From a virus: a stretch of DNA of 64,000 nucleotides. Numbering within the stretch: position 1 is the stretch's first letter; every line of letters begins with the position of its first letter. Where the stretch lies: positions 13,681-77,680 of IMG/VR virus record IMGVR_UViG_3300040807_002082, one strand, 5' to 3'. The notes under the pieces are model-generated. The model did not search any database and was not told the origin of the DNA. It saw nothing but the letters and a program-made list of their open reading frames with translations. Below, one piece after another: positions 29,999 through 38,770 of the stretch. The translations under genes were made by a program, and so were the position numbers.

Positions 29999-30663
29999 TT
30001 TGTGAAAAGCATAACTTCTTATATTTGCGTATTCCTAAAAACGCAAGCTCAAGTTTAGCAGCATTCTTTATTAAAAACTTTTGTGCAATGTCTGATCGTT
30101 GGACGGAAGTAAATGATGCCGCAATCCGAGATCATAAAGTTGACGTTAATGTAATTAACAAATATAGACACCAATACCGTTGGATTCATTTAACGTTGCA
30201 AGAACTTGTTGATAATAAGATCGTTACCACATATGATGCTCATAATAAAGATGTAATATCTGTTTTGCGCAATCCTTATATGCGTCAGCTATCTTTATAC
30301 TTTTTTCTAAAACGCGGTATGAGCAAATCAGCTGATGAGTTTCGGCATATCTTTAGAGAAGGCAAACATGAGTCTGATGTGTCAAACGCAATCCTTCAAA
30401 CAGAATATTCTTTATTAAATGGTGTTGACTGTGGTACTTGGTGGTTGTATAATAAATTAGATACACACGTTAAAAACTTTTGTAACGTAAAAGGCGTTAA
30501 TAGTTCTTTAGAATTGCCAAAGTATAAAGGCACATGGACTCCTAAAGACCAAGACTTGTTTGATGAATATTACGATCAGAAAACAATTGATGCTGTTCAG
30601 AAGTATTATGAAAAGGATTTTGAGAAATTATTTGAATTAGAAACAGGACTACAGGTGGCATGA
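29992..30663 (+). CDS. Sulfotransferase family 2
   Basis: LRIPKNASSS (5'-PSB), LRNPY.R.LS.Y (3'-PB), YEKDF. Confidence 0.8.
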   Translation: MVICEKHNFLYLRIPKNASSSLAAFFIKNFCAMSDRWTEVNDAAIRDHKVDVNVINKYRHQYRWIHLTLQELVDNKIVTTYDAHNKDVISVLRNPYMRQLSLYFFLKRGMSKSADEFRHIFREGKHESDVSNAILQTEYSLLNGVDCGTWWLYNKLDTHVKNFCNVKGVNSSLELPKYKGTWTPKDQDLFDEYYDQKTIDAVQKYYEKDFEKLFELETGLQVA

Positions 30664-31334
30664 AAGTTTACATCTTATATCATAACGACCCTTTATCAAA
30701 ACAATATGCGGACTTTGCGGCAAAATCGTGCCAGCAAACAAATATGAATTATGAATTGGTTGAAGGTTTTTCTGAACCAATGAATCCTAATGATGCTTGG
30801 AACAGTATTGGATTAAAGCGAAAAATTGAAAGAAACAACTTTGTTCCTAAAGCACAATTATGTTCAGCAGGTCACGCAAAAATTTGGAAAATGATTTCAG
30901 AAAGTGATGAGGAAGGCATTGTATTTGAACACGATGCCGTTATGTTACACGATATTAATGAGATTGAATTTCCAGATAATATGATTGTGGTCCTAGGCTA
31001 TAAAGTAAAAGATGCCAACAAATATTTACATGACCAGGCAGGTCCTCCTCAATATATTCGAGATTTGAAAGGACACGAAGGTGCACACGCATATGGGATG
31101 ACGCCAGCAACTGCAAGAAAACTACTCGATGAGATTGAAGAAATTGGAGTATGGTCTGCAGTTGATAACCAATTCTTTTTAGCAGATCAACGTAAAAGCA
31201 AGGTTCCTTTAGGCATTCTTGATCCAACACCAGCAATCGGTTGGTTGCGCCAATCAACAATTTGGGGTAACTCATCAGAAAAGAATTACGAATTTATAGA
31301 TTCATTTAAAAATAACTATTATGGAGACCAATAA
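30660..31334 (+). CDS. GT25-like glycosyltransferase
   Basis: CSAGH..IW, VFEHDA, GAHAY.MTP..A.KL, VD. Confidence 0.75.
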   Translation: MKVYILYHNDPLSKQYADFAAKSCQQTNMNYELVEGFSEPMNPNDAWNSIGLKRKIERNNFVPKAQLCSAGHAKIWKMISESDEEGIVFEHDAVMLHDINEIEFPDNMIVVLGYKVKDANKYLHDQAGPPQYIRDLKGHEGAHAYGMTPATARKLLDEIEEIGVWSAVDNQFFLADQRKSKVPLGILDPTPAIGWLRQSTIWGNSSEKNYEFIDSFKNNYYGDQ

Positions 31335-31336
31335 CA

Positions 31337-32089
31337 ATGTGGCAGCTAACCGACTCGACTCCACGCGAATTTAGATATTATCAGTTTGGGCTACAAAGAA
31401 CAGGCACGACAATTATTGACCGAATCATTAGGGATAATTGGAACTATTGGAAAGCAAATGATGCAGAACAAAATTTGCCAAAGCCTTTTACTTTGCAGCC
31501 TCAACCAGATACCGTTTGGAAACACGCGATTGATATTCCACCAAACTATGACCAAAACGCGCCGACAATTTTAGTATATAAAAGCCCATATACTTGGGCT
31601 GAAAGTATGGCATTCCGTAGAGGTTTGGGCAATGGCGCCTGGAACCAAAGTTGGGGTCACGAGCATTTGAATCTTTATCCTCAACCAAAGCCAGGTTGGA
31701 ATAACGTCACAATGCCAGGTCAAGGTACAGTTAACATTGGTCAGATTATGTACGTTTATAAACACTGGTTTAATACTTGGCTTCCATTTGTTGAAGAACA
31801 TCCTGACAATACAGTCTTGATTAAATATGAAGATTTGCTTGTTGATGAGAAACGCAATGAGATCTTTAAGGATATTACTACCAAATTTGGTTGGGATATT
31901 ATTGAAAATCCAACAATGCCAAAACACGTAGGTTCATCTCAGCCTATGGATCAAGAACGTATTGACTACTACCTAAAAGGCAGACCAACGCAAGAAATGT
32001 TCTATCAACACGGTAGAAGGTACTTAAATTCTATTAATGACATCCTTGGGCACGAATTAATTACACGCCTGGGATACGAATTCTTATAA
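31337..32089 (+). CDS. Sulfotransferase-like protein
   Basis: GLQRTGTT, WKH, KSPY.W.ES, IKYEDL. Confidence 0.7.
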   Translation: MWQLTDSTPREFRYYQFGLQRTGTTIIDRIIRDNWNYWKANDAEQNLPKPFTLQPQPDTVWKHAIDIPPNYDQNAPTILVYKSPYTWAESMAFRRGLGNGAWNQSWGHEHLNLYPQPKPGWNNVTMPGQGTVNIGQIMYVYKHWFNTWLPFVEEHPDNTVLIKYEDLLVDEKRNEIFKDITTKFGWDIIENPTMPKHVGSSQPMDQERIDYYLKGRPTQEMFYQHGRRYLNSINDILGHELITRLGYEFL

Positions 32090-32129
32090 ATAGAATTAAA
32101 TGTTTCCAAGTTAAAAGCACAGGATTTTC

Positions 32130-34568
32130 TTGATGTCAGAAGATGAGAAAAAAGAAAAAGAAAAGCGTAAAAGCTTCAAAGAATTTGATCCAACTAAGTA
32201 TGTGGATGTTGAGCCTACATTAGATGAGGCCGCAAAAGGAACTGCGGTTATTAGTTTTGGCCGAATGAATCCTGTTACTTCAGGACACGAAAGGCTTGTC
32301 AATAAAGTATTGGCGGTGGCTGCTCAAGCAAAAGGTACTCCACTCATTTATCTTTCTCATTCTGAAGATACAAGAAAGAATCCTTTATCATATAACGATA
32401 AAATCAAATTTGCCAAACAAGCGTTTGGTAGCGTTATTCAAAAATCCAAATCAAGAACAATTATTGAAGTAGCAAAAGAGCTATCTGGAAAATACGCAAA
32501 CCTTATCGTTGTTGTAGGTTCAGACAGAGTTGCTGAATTTAATTCGCTTTTAAGTAAGTATAATGGTAAAGAATATAACTTTCAAGTAATTGATATACAG
32601 ACCGCAGGTGCGCGCGATCCTGATTCTGAAGGCGTAGAAGGTATATCAGCATCTAAAATGCGTTCTTATGCCGCGGATAATGATCTTAATCAATTTAAAA
32701 AAGGTTTGCCAAAACGGCTGCAAAGAAATGCAGATGAAGTTATGAATGCAGTTAGACAAGGCATGAACATAAACGAGACACTAGAGATGGATGACTCAGA
32801 ATTAAATGAAGTATTAGATAGACAACAACGTCGTGCAAAAGCAATTGCTATGCGTCGTGTTAAGCATAAGTTAAAACGCGGCCGTGAAAAAATGAAACGC
32901 AAAAAGGCAACAACCGAGATCCTTAAGAAGCGTGCTACAAAGAAAGCCATAGCAACATTTAAAGATAAGTTTTCAAAGAATAAGCGTTATGCTGATATGG
33001 ACGTTGCGCAAAAGATTCAAATTGACAAAAAGATTGAGAAATTAGGCAAGGCTCGTATTGAACGCATCGCAAAGAAATTACTTCCAAAAGTTAAAGCGGC
33101 TGAAAGAGATAAGTTTAAGAAAAAGGCCATCGACAATCCTTTAACGCAAAAACAAGAATCTTATGAGATTAACGAAAAGATTAAGGTTGCGCAGGATAGA
33201 GATATTGATGATATGCCAGGTTCTCAGCCTGCAGGATATTACAAAGGTGTAGATAAAGATAAGAAAGATGATCGCGCCCGTCACTTTGCTCGTAAAGCAA
33301 AAATGGATGACGATAATCCTAAAGCATATACACCAGCACCCGGCGATAAAGAAGCAAAGACAAAACCATCAACATTTACGAAAAAATACAAAGCAATGTA
33401 TGGAGAAATGAACGAATGGGTTTGCGGTCAATGCAATTGCGATCCTTGTACATGTGATAGCGATTTACTTGAGATGTGGGGATCATACGTAACAAAACGT
33501 CCTCATATGCTAATGGATCGGAATAATAAAGTCAAATACGATAAAAGATTCAAGATGTATAAGCCTGCGCATAAACCTGAAGACGATGCTGCAATTGAGG
33601 ATGATACAATTGAAGAATCCGTATTCAGCGAGATTTCAAACCTAGAAGAGTTATTAGATTTAGTAGAATCTACTGAAGAAATGTTTGGCAATCTTGAAGA
33701 GAAACAGATTGAAGGTCTAAAGAATAAAGCTGACAAATCAGGAATGCCATATGGTATTTTGAAAAAGGTTTACGACCGAGGAATGGCAGCTTGGAGAACA
33801 GGACATCGACCAGGAACAACTCCACAACAATGGGGTATGGCTCGAGTTAACTCATTCGTAACAAAGTCAAAAGGCACGTGGGGTAAAGCAGATTCTGACC
33901 TTGCGGCAAAAATTCGTAAAGAAGGAATAGAAGAAATGAATGAAGCAGCAACACCTCAGATGAAAAAGGCGGCCTCTGAAATTGAAGCATATGCAAAGAA
34001 AAGCGGTGGCATTGATAAAGCAGACTTTATGAAAGCAGCAAAGATGCTATCAACTGGCAAAGCAGGTTCAAGCTTTATTAAATTTGTAATGGATCTTGAT
34101 ACAGAACCACGTGAATGGTTAATCGTTACTCTTGCTAAACATATGGGCAAGGAAACTGTTGAAAAAATGTTCAGAATTAAAATTCGCGAAGAAGTTGAGC
34201 TTGATGAAACTTTATCACCATCTGAAAAGAAACTTGTCAATCAAATGTATGATAAGAAAGGTAACCTTACTGCGATTGGTAAAAAGGTTATGAACCACGG
34301 TAAAAAGCCTGGTGATAAAGGTTATGTTGAATCAATTGACGAAATGTTTCCTGCGGTTGCAGCAATCGCTGGCCGTGCAGTTGCAGGCGCTGCGGCAAGA
34401 GCGATTGCCAAAAAGAAAAAAGATGAAGCTTCTGAATACGAGAAAACACGCCGTAAGACAATTAAATCTGTTGAGAGCTTTAAGCAATTCAGAGAAGAAG
34501 GCGGTGCTGGCGAAGAAGGTACTGACGAGCTTGTAAAGAATTTCAAAAAGGACACGCCAAATGCCTAA
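32130..34568 (+). CDS. HxGH-superfamily nucleotidyltransferase fused to a chain of small modules; putative head-internal polyprotein
   Basis: FGRMNPVTSGH, VVGSDR, SASKMR; late promoter 32085-32092; basic modules separated by acidic (L/I/M)xE linkers. Confidence 0.75.
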   Translation: MMSEDEKKEKEKRKSFKEFDPTKYVDVEPTLDEAAKGTAVISFGRMNPVTSGHERLVNKVLAVAAQAKGTPLIYLSHSEDTRKNPLSYNDKIKFAKQAFGSVIQKSKSRTIIEVAKELSGKYANLIVVVGSDRVAEFNSLLSKYNGKEYNFQVIDIQTAGARDPDSEGVEGISASKMRSYAADNDLNQFKKGLPKRLQRNADEVMNAVRQGMNINETLEMDDSELNEVLDRQQRRAKAIAMRRVKHKLKRGREKMKRKKATTEILKKRATKKAIATFKDKFSKNKRYADMDVAQKIQIDKKIEKLGKARIERIAKKLLPKVKAAERDKFKKKAIDNPLTQKQESYEINEKIKVAQDRDIDDMPGSQPAGYYKGVDKDKKDDRARHFARKAKMDDDNPKAYTPAPGDKEAKTKPSTFTKKYKAMYGEMNEWVCGQCNCDPCTCDSDLLEMWGSYVTKRPHMLMDRNNKVKYDKRFKMYKPAHKPEDDAAIEDDTIEESVFSEISNLEELLDLVESTEEMFGNLEEKQIEGLKNKADKSGMPYGILKKVYDRGMAAWRTGHRPGTTPQQWGMARVNSFVTKSKGTWGKADSDLAAKIRKEGIEEMNEAATPQMKKAASEIEAYAKKSGGIDKADFMKAAKMLSTGKAGSSFIKFVMDLDTEPREWLIVTLAKHMGKETVEKMFRIKIREEVELDETLSPSEKKLVNQMYDKKGNLTAIGKKVMNHGKKPGDKGYVESIDEMFPAVAAIAGRAVAGAAARAIAKKKKDEASEYEKTRRKTIKSVESFKQFREEGGAGEEGTDELVKNFKKDTPNA

Positions 34569-34662
34569 GAAGCCTTTAAAGGAAGCAATTAAAGAAGCTA
34601 CCGAAAAAGGTAAGTATGCGCCTCCTAGGCCAAAGAAAGTAACTGGCAGGAAAAAGAAATGA
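34561..34662 (+). CDS. 33-aa Lys-rich peptide
   Basis: AAGGA RBS; bridges both neighbours by overlap. Confidence 0.5.
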   Translation: MPKKPLKEAIKEATEKGKYAPPRPKKVTGRKKK

Positions 34663-34982
34663 AACGTTTTAAACAATACCTAGATGAAGATTGTTGGTCA
34701 GGATATAAACAGGTCGGCATGAAAAAGAAAGGTGACAAGATGGTACCTAACTGTGTACCTGAAGAAGCGGAGATTGAAGAAGGTTCTGAAACTTGGGAGC
34801 AAGGTTATAAACGCCGTGTTGTAAAAACAACTAAACCTGAACATAAAGAAAAAGGTTATAATTGGCGTATTAAAGGTAAAGATCGTCCTGAAATTTCAAT
34901 TAAACTTTATAAAGAAAAGCCATCTCAACAAGAGTTTAACAAACAAATGAAAAGAGTAGCGGGGCACGAGTTCGGTGGATAA
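34659..34982 (+). CDS. Putative head-internal two-module protein
   Basis: Leader MKRFKQYLDE; CW.GYKQ.GMKKKG...VPNCVP module; IEE linker. Confidence 0.65.
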   Translation: MKRFKQYLDEDCWSGYKQVGMKKKGDKMVPNCVPEEAEIEEGSETWEQGYKRRVVKTTKPEHKEKGYNWRIKGKDRPEISIKLYKEKPSQQEFNKQMKRVAGHEFGG

Positions 34983-35331
34983 GTTTAGTAAATATACAGA
35001 AGATCGTATTGATGCCATTTGTGAAGAATGCAGCATCTACGATGATTTGATTATTGAGGCGGCCGAATACGAAGGCAAGAAAGTAGAATTGAATAATCCT
35101 ATTCGTACCTCTGAGGTTCCTTCAAAGAAATTTAAAGTATACGTCAAAAATGAAAAGGGTAATGTTGTTGTTGTCCGTTTTGGCGATCCGAAAATGGAAA
35201 TTAAAAGAGATGATCCTGCGCGTAGAAAAAGCTTTAGAGCAAGACATAATTGTGCAGATCCAGGTCCTAAGTGGAAAGCAAGATACTGGAGTTGCTATCA
35301 ATGGCGTGCAGGCGCCAATGTAGATAATTAA
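34975..35331 (+). CDS. Basic viral protein (KKF.VYV...FGD...RKSFRARH.C...YWSC)
   Basis: GTG start; degenerate leader MDKFSKYTE; IIE site precedes the domain. Confidence 0.7.
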   Translation: MDKFSKYTEDRIDAICEECSIYDDLIIEAAEYEGKKVELNNPIRTSEVPSKKFKVYVKNEKGNVVVVRFGDPKMEIKRDDPARRKSFRARHNCADPGPKWKARYWSCYQWRAGANVDN

Positions 35332-35375
35332 ATAAATATAGTCGGATATTGATTAAACCTTAAAGGAAACAAACA

Positions 35376-35537
35376 ATGAAACGCTTTAAAGCACACCTCG
35401 AGGAAAAAGAGCCTGATACTCTTGCTATGTTAGCCGCCAAAGAAAAAGGCAAAAAAGACGCTGAGAAAAAGGACGACGAGGAAGAAAAAGAATCTCAACC
35501 TAAAAAAGATAAAGAGGAAAAACCAAATGAAGATTAA
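35376..35537 (+). CDS. Small charged putative head-internal protein (53 aa)
   Basis: AAGGA RBS; leader MKRFKAHLEE; missed by the ORF track. Confidence 0.7.
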   Translation: MKRFKAHLEEKEPDTLAMLAAKEKGKKDAEKKDDEEEKESQPKKDKEEKPNED

Positions 35538-36135
35538 TGTAGCAAAGGCATTCATCGAAAGACTTGATGAGGCAAAAGTTTTTATTCAAGTAACCGACCC
35601 TAAAGATGCTATTGCTGCATTGAAAAAGGCTGGGGTCCGTGCCACACCTGATAAGAAAATGGACGACGAAATTGTTGTTGATTCCAAAGATAAGAAAAAG
35701 GTTGTCGCATGGATGCTGAAGAGCGGTTGGGAAAAACAAGATATCGAAGATCTTTATCCTAAGTTGATGGAAGACAACACAAACGATGTTTCCGATGACG
35801 GCGACGAAATGGACAAAGTTCAGCCTAAAGCATTAAAGAAAAAATTCAAAGATCGTAAAGATAAAGATATTGATAACGATGGCAAGGTTGATGACTCAGA
35901 CGAGTATTTACACAACCGCCGCAAAGCAGTATCAAAGGCAGTTAAAGAAGAGACTGTAACTGAAGCCACTGATCTTTACGACAAAGGCGGCATCCAAATG
36001 ACTCGTTTCTCAATGGGAAAAGGAGCAATGGGTTTGCAGATTAATTATGGTGGTAAGTATATTCAAGTACCAGAAAAAGATATCAAGACTCTTGCAGGCG
36101 CTTTATCTAAATTGAAATTCCGCCAAGGAATGTAA
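35527..36135 (+). CDS. Modular protein with EF-hand-like loop
   Basis: DIDNDGKVDDSDE; LDE/LME/VTE linkers. Confidence 0.65.
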   Translation: MKINVAKAFIERLDEAKVFIQVTDPKDAIAALKKAGVRATPDKKMDDEIVVDSKDKKKVVAWMLKSGWEKQDIEDLYPKLMEDNTNDVSDDGDEMDKVQPKALKKKFKDRKDKDIDNDGKVDDSDEYLHNRRKAVSKAVKEETVTEATDLYDKGGIQMTRFSMGKGAMGLQINYGGKYIQVPEKDIKTLAGALSKLKFRQGM

Positions 36136-36174
36136 TAAATATAACTATAATAAACCCAAACAAGGAGAAAAGCA

Positions 36175-36492
36175 ATGGCACTTTGGGGAAAAACCGACGC
36201 AGTAGGATCAGTTCCAAAATATTTGGAAGACGATGCGAATAACACAAACAAGTCACACGACAAAGACAACGCAATCTTTGTAGACTTAACAGAGGCAGGC
36301 GTAGCAGCTAACCGTGCAAAAGGTATTAAAACACCTGGTTGGAACCTGTATAATACTTACACAACAGCTGACGGCCGTACACGTCACATTGTAGAACCAT
36401 TGGTAACAATGAAAGTATCACAGGCTGATGCAGGTGACTTAGGTGTAACAGGTAATACAGCGATTGAAGATACTATCGTGGCTGACAGCTAA
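36175..36492 (+). CDS. Probable virion protein
   Basis: MALWGKTD...GIKTPGW...E.LV.M; AGGAG RBS; ATAAATA upstream. Confidence 0.7.
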   Translation: MALWGKTDAVGSVPKYLEDDANNTNKSHDKDNAIFVDLTEAGVAANRAKGIKTPGWNLYNTYTTADGRTRHIVEPLVTMKVSQADAGDLGVTGNTAIEDTIVADS

Positions 36493-36509
36493 TACTTGGT
36501 TGATATATA

Positions 36510-36884
36510 ATGAAATTAACGGAAGCAACCTTTCTGTTATATGCTGCCCAACATTATGATAATCCTCAATGTTCAGACGTAACTGAGTTTGAAGAGGATC
36601 TGAAAAGATTTCAGTATTTGAGAAAATTGTTCGGTCGATATAGACAAGACAAGGATCTTAAAGAAAGGTTGATTCTGAACCACTTGATTATCATATATAA
36701 TGTATTTGGGCCTGATGCAACGAACCTACTTTTTATGAAGTTAGGCGAATACCATGAATACTTAAAACCATTTGTTGAATATTTGAACTTTATGCCATTG
36801 GAAATTCGTTATGATGATGTTGTTTTAAGTAAACATAATATTGTGTCAGACAAGCATATAGTGGAAAAACTTAAAGGAATTTGA
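36510..36884 (+). CDS. Conserved T4-like hypothetical protein
   Basis: YA..HYDNP.C...EF.EDLKRF.Y...RLILNH.II.YNVFG. Confidence 0.8.
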   Translation: MKLTEATFLLYAAQHYDNPQCSDVTEFEEDLKRFQYLRKLFGRYRQDKDLKERLILNHLIIIYNVFGPDATNLLFMKLGEYHEYLKPFVEYLNFMPLEIRYDDVVLSKHNIVSDKHIVEKLKGI

Positions 36885-37657
36885 CGATGGTCGTCGACTT
36901 ATTTTTAGTATATCAATTTATTCGTCGATTGGCAACACCTTTCGAGAACTGGGATGCCTACAAGTTAGGTATTATTGATAAAGACGGCAAAGTCTTAAAA
37001 CCTCGTAAAACACTCAAAACCAAAAAGGAAGAACAGGCGTGGGGTCTTTATGACATTATGCTTGCTAACATCAAAAAGTTGTTAGCCAAGGTTCCTGGTG
37101 GTAGTACAAAGTTGGCATCTTATGCTGCAGCGTTATTTCTAATTAAGGAATATAAACATTTTACAGATGAATCTTTAATTACAGAAGATATGGATGAATC
37201 TGATATTGACAATGTTCTATTAGAATTTCAAAACCGATATGGTTATTATAACACACTCGCAGAGAATGTCAATGGATTTAGTGAATTAAATGAGGCAAAA
37301 GTACGGTGGAAAAAAGCAGGATCTAACGGCGAAATCGAAGCAACCATCGGCGGAAAAAAATATCAAATTGAAAAGGCTTTAGATCATAACGAACGTCACA
37401 AAGGTGAATGGAAGGTTATGGTCTGGGATAAGCGTCGAGAAAGTTGGGAATGGGAAACTACCGAATACGGTAAGGCAAATGCTAAAGCATGGATTATGGA
37501 CAGAATGGAAGAAGATGTTTCTGTCGGAAGTGGTGCAATTGCAGGTTTAGGTGTAGGTCCTGATGGAGAACCTGGGGTAACTCCTGCTCAAGCCAAAAAA
37601 TACAAGAAAAAGAATAAGTCAAAAATGTTAAGCTTTAAGGAGAAAATGAAAAAATGA
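36881..37657 (+). CDS. Modular hypothetical protein
   Basis: PFE.WDAYKLGIID..G N-domain; LNE linker; C-terminal MLSFKE. Confidence 0.75.
   Translation: MTMVVDLFLVYQFIRRLATPFENWDAYKLGIIDKDGKVLKPRKTLKTKKEEQAWGLYDIMLANIKKLLAKVPGGSTKLASYAAALFLIKEYKHFTDESLITEDMDESDIDNVLLEFQNRYGYYNTLAENVNGFSELNEAKVRWKKAGSNGEIEATIGGKKYQIEKALDHNERHKGEWKVMVWDKRRESWEWETTEYGKANAKAWIMDRMEEDVSVGSGAIAGLGVGPDGEPGVTPAQAKKYKKKNKSKMLSFKEKMKK
37245..37272 (-). promoter_or_regulatory. Intragenic antisense sigma70-type promoter
   Basis: Minus strand CCA-TTGACA-16-TATAAT. Confidence 0.55.
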
Positions 37658-38511
37658 TTAGTTTGGAACAGTTTAGCGCAATGATTCCAAAGAACCGTAA
37701 CCCAGAAGAATGGTATGAGGCTGCGGTTCCTTTATTTGAGCAATATGAAATCAATACAGTAAATCGTATTGCTGGATTTATGGCACAATGTGCTCACGAG
37801 TCTATGGACTTTACACGTTTGGAAGAAAATCTAAACTATAGTGAAAAAGCATTGAATTCTGTATTTGGACGTTACTTTGGCGAAGGAAAAAGAGATGCCG
37901 CAGAATACGCAAGAAACCCAGAAAAAATCGCAAACTACGTATACCAAGACGAGTTCAGATCTAAGCGAGGACAGATGGGTAACACAGAACCTGGCGATGG
38001 CTGGTTATTTAGAGGTCGAGGTATCAAACAGCTTACGGGCCGAAATAACTACACTGCCTTCGGCAAAACCGTCGGTATGTCAGCCGAAGAAGCTGCTGAA
38101 TATGTAGCAACACCGCAAGGTGCTATTGAATCTGCTTGCTGGTTTTGGAAAACAAACAAATTAGAAAAATGGGCAGACGCTGGTGATAACGTAGGTCTTA
38201 CTAAAAAGATCAACGGTGGTACAATTGGATTAGACGATCGTAACCGTCGTTGGGAAGAAGCATTGGGCATTCTAGGTGGTGAATATACTCCTCCTGCTCC
38301 AAAAGCTGCACCGAAACCTGCCGGTAAAAGAACTCTTCGCCGTGGTATGAAAGGCGATGATGTTGCTGCAATGCAAAAGGTATTAGGAGTTGCTGCTGAT
38401 GGCGATTTCGGATTTGGTACATTAACTGCTGTTAAAAAATGGCAAAAAACAAACGGTTTGGCTGCCGATGGGATTGTTGGTCCTGCAACCCAAGCCAAAA
38501 TGTTCGGATAA
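37654..38511 (+). CDS. Endolysin: GH19 domain plus C-terminal peptidoglycan-binding domain
   Basis: FMAQCAHES, EENLNYS, FRGRG.KQLTGR.NY, INGG..GL; LRRG..G.DV...DGIVGP.T. Confidence 0.92.
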   Translation: MISLEQFSAMIPKNRNPEEWYEAAVPLFEQYEINTVNRIAGFMAQCAHESMDFTRLEENLNYSEKALNSVFGRYFGEGKRDAAEYARNPEKIANYVYQDEFRSKRGQMGNTEPGDGWLFRGRGIKQLTGRNNYTAFGKTVGMSAEEAAEYVATPQGAIESACWFWKTNKLEKWADAGDNVGLTKKINGGTIGLDDRNRRWEEALGILGGEYTPPAPKAAPKPAGKRTLRRGMKGDDVAAMQKVLGVAADGDFGFGTLTAVKKWQKTNGLAADGIVGPATQAKMFG

Positions 38512-38553
38512 TATAAATACAATATCCAAACCATTAAACAAAGGAGAAAGACA

Positions 38554-38754
38554 ATGTCTTTAGAAAAAATCATCGCTGAAGCGATTGACGGAAACCCTCT
38601 TAACGTAAAAGAGTTGTTTGAAGAAGAAATGCAAAAGCGCGTCGCCGCTGCCTTGGAAGAAAAGTACAAAAAAGCCAAGATGGACGAAGAAGACGACGAA
38701 GATGAAGATGATGATGACGAAGATGAAGATGATGAGGATGAAGACGAGGAATAA
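38554..38754 (+). CDS. Prohead core protein gp67-like
   Basis: IIAEAIDGN...KELFEEEM..R plus long D/E tail, as in T4 gp67; late promoter 38512-38519. Confidence 0.6.
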   Translation: MSLEKIIAEAIDGNPLNVKELFEEEMQKRVAAALEEKYKKAKMDEEDDEDEDDDDEDEDDEDEDEE

Positions 38755-38770
38755 ACTCGTTTTTTAAATC

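Noticed and set aside
38049-38678. 209-aa minus-strand ORF (likewise 13831..14343 and 9331..9756)
   Set aside because: Antisense shadows of well-supported genes, with no recognisable motifs.
38683-38751. GAY/GAR trinucleotide-like repeat
   Set aside because: It simply encodes the acidic tail of the gp67-like protein.
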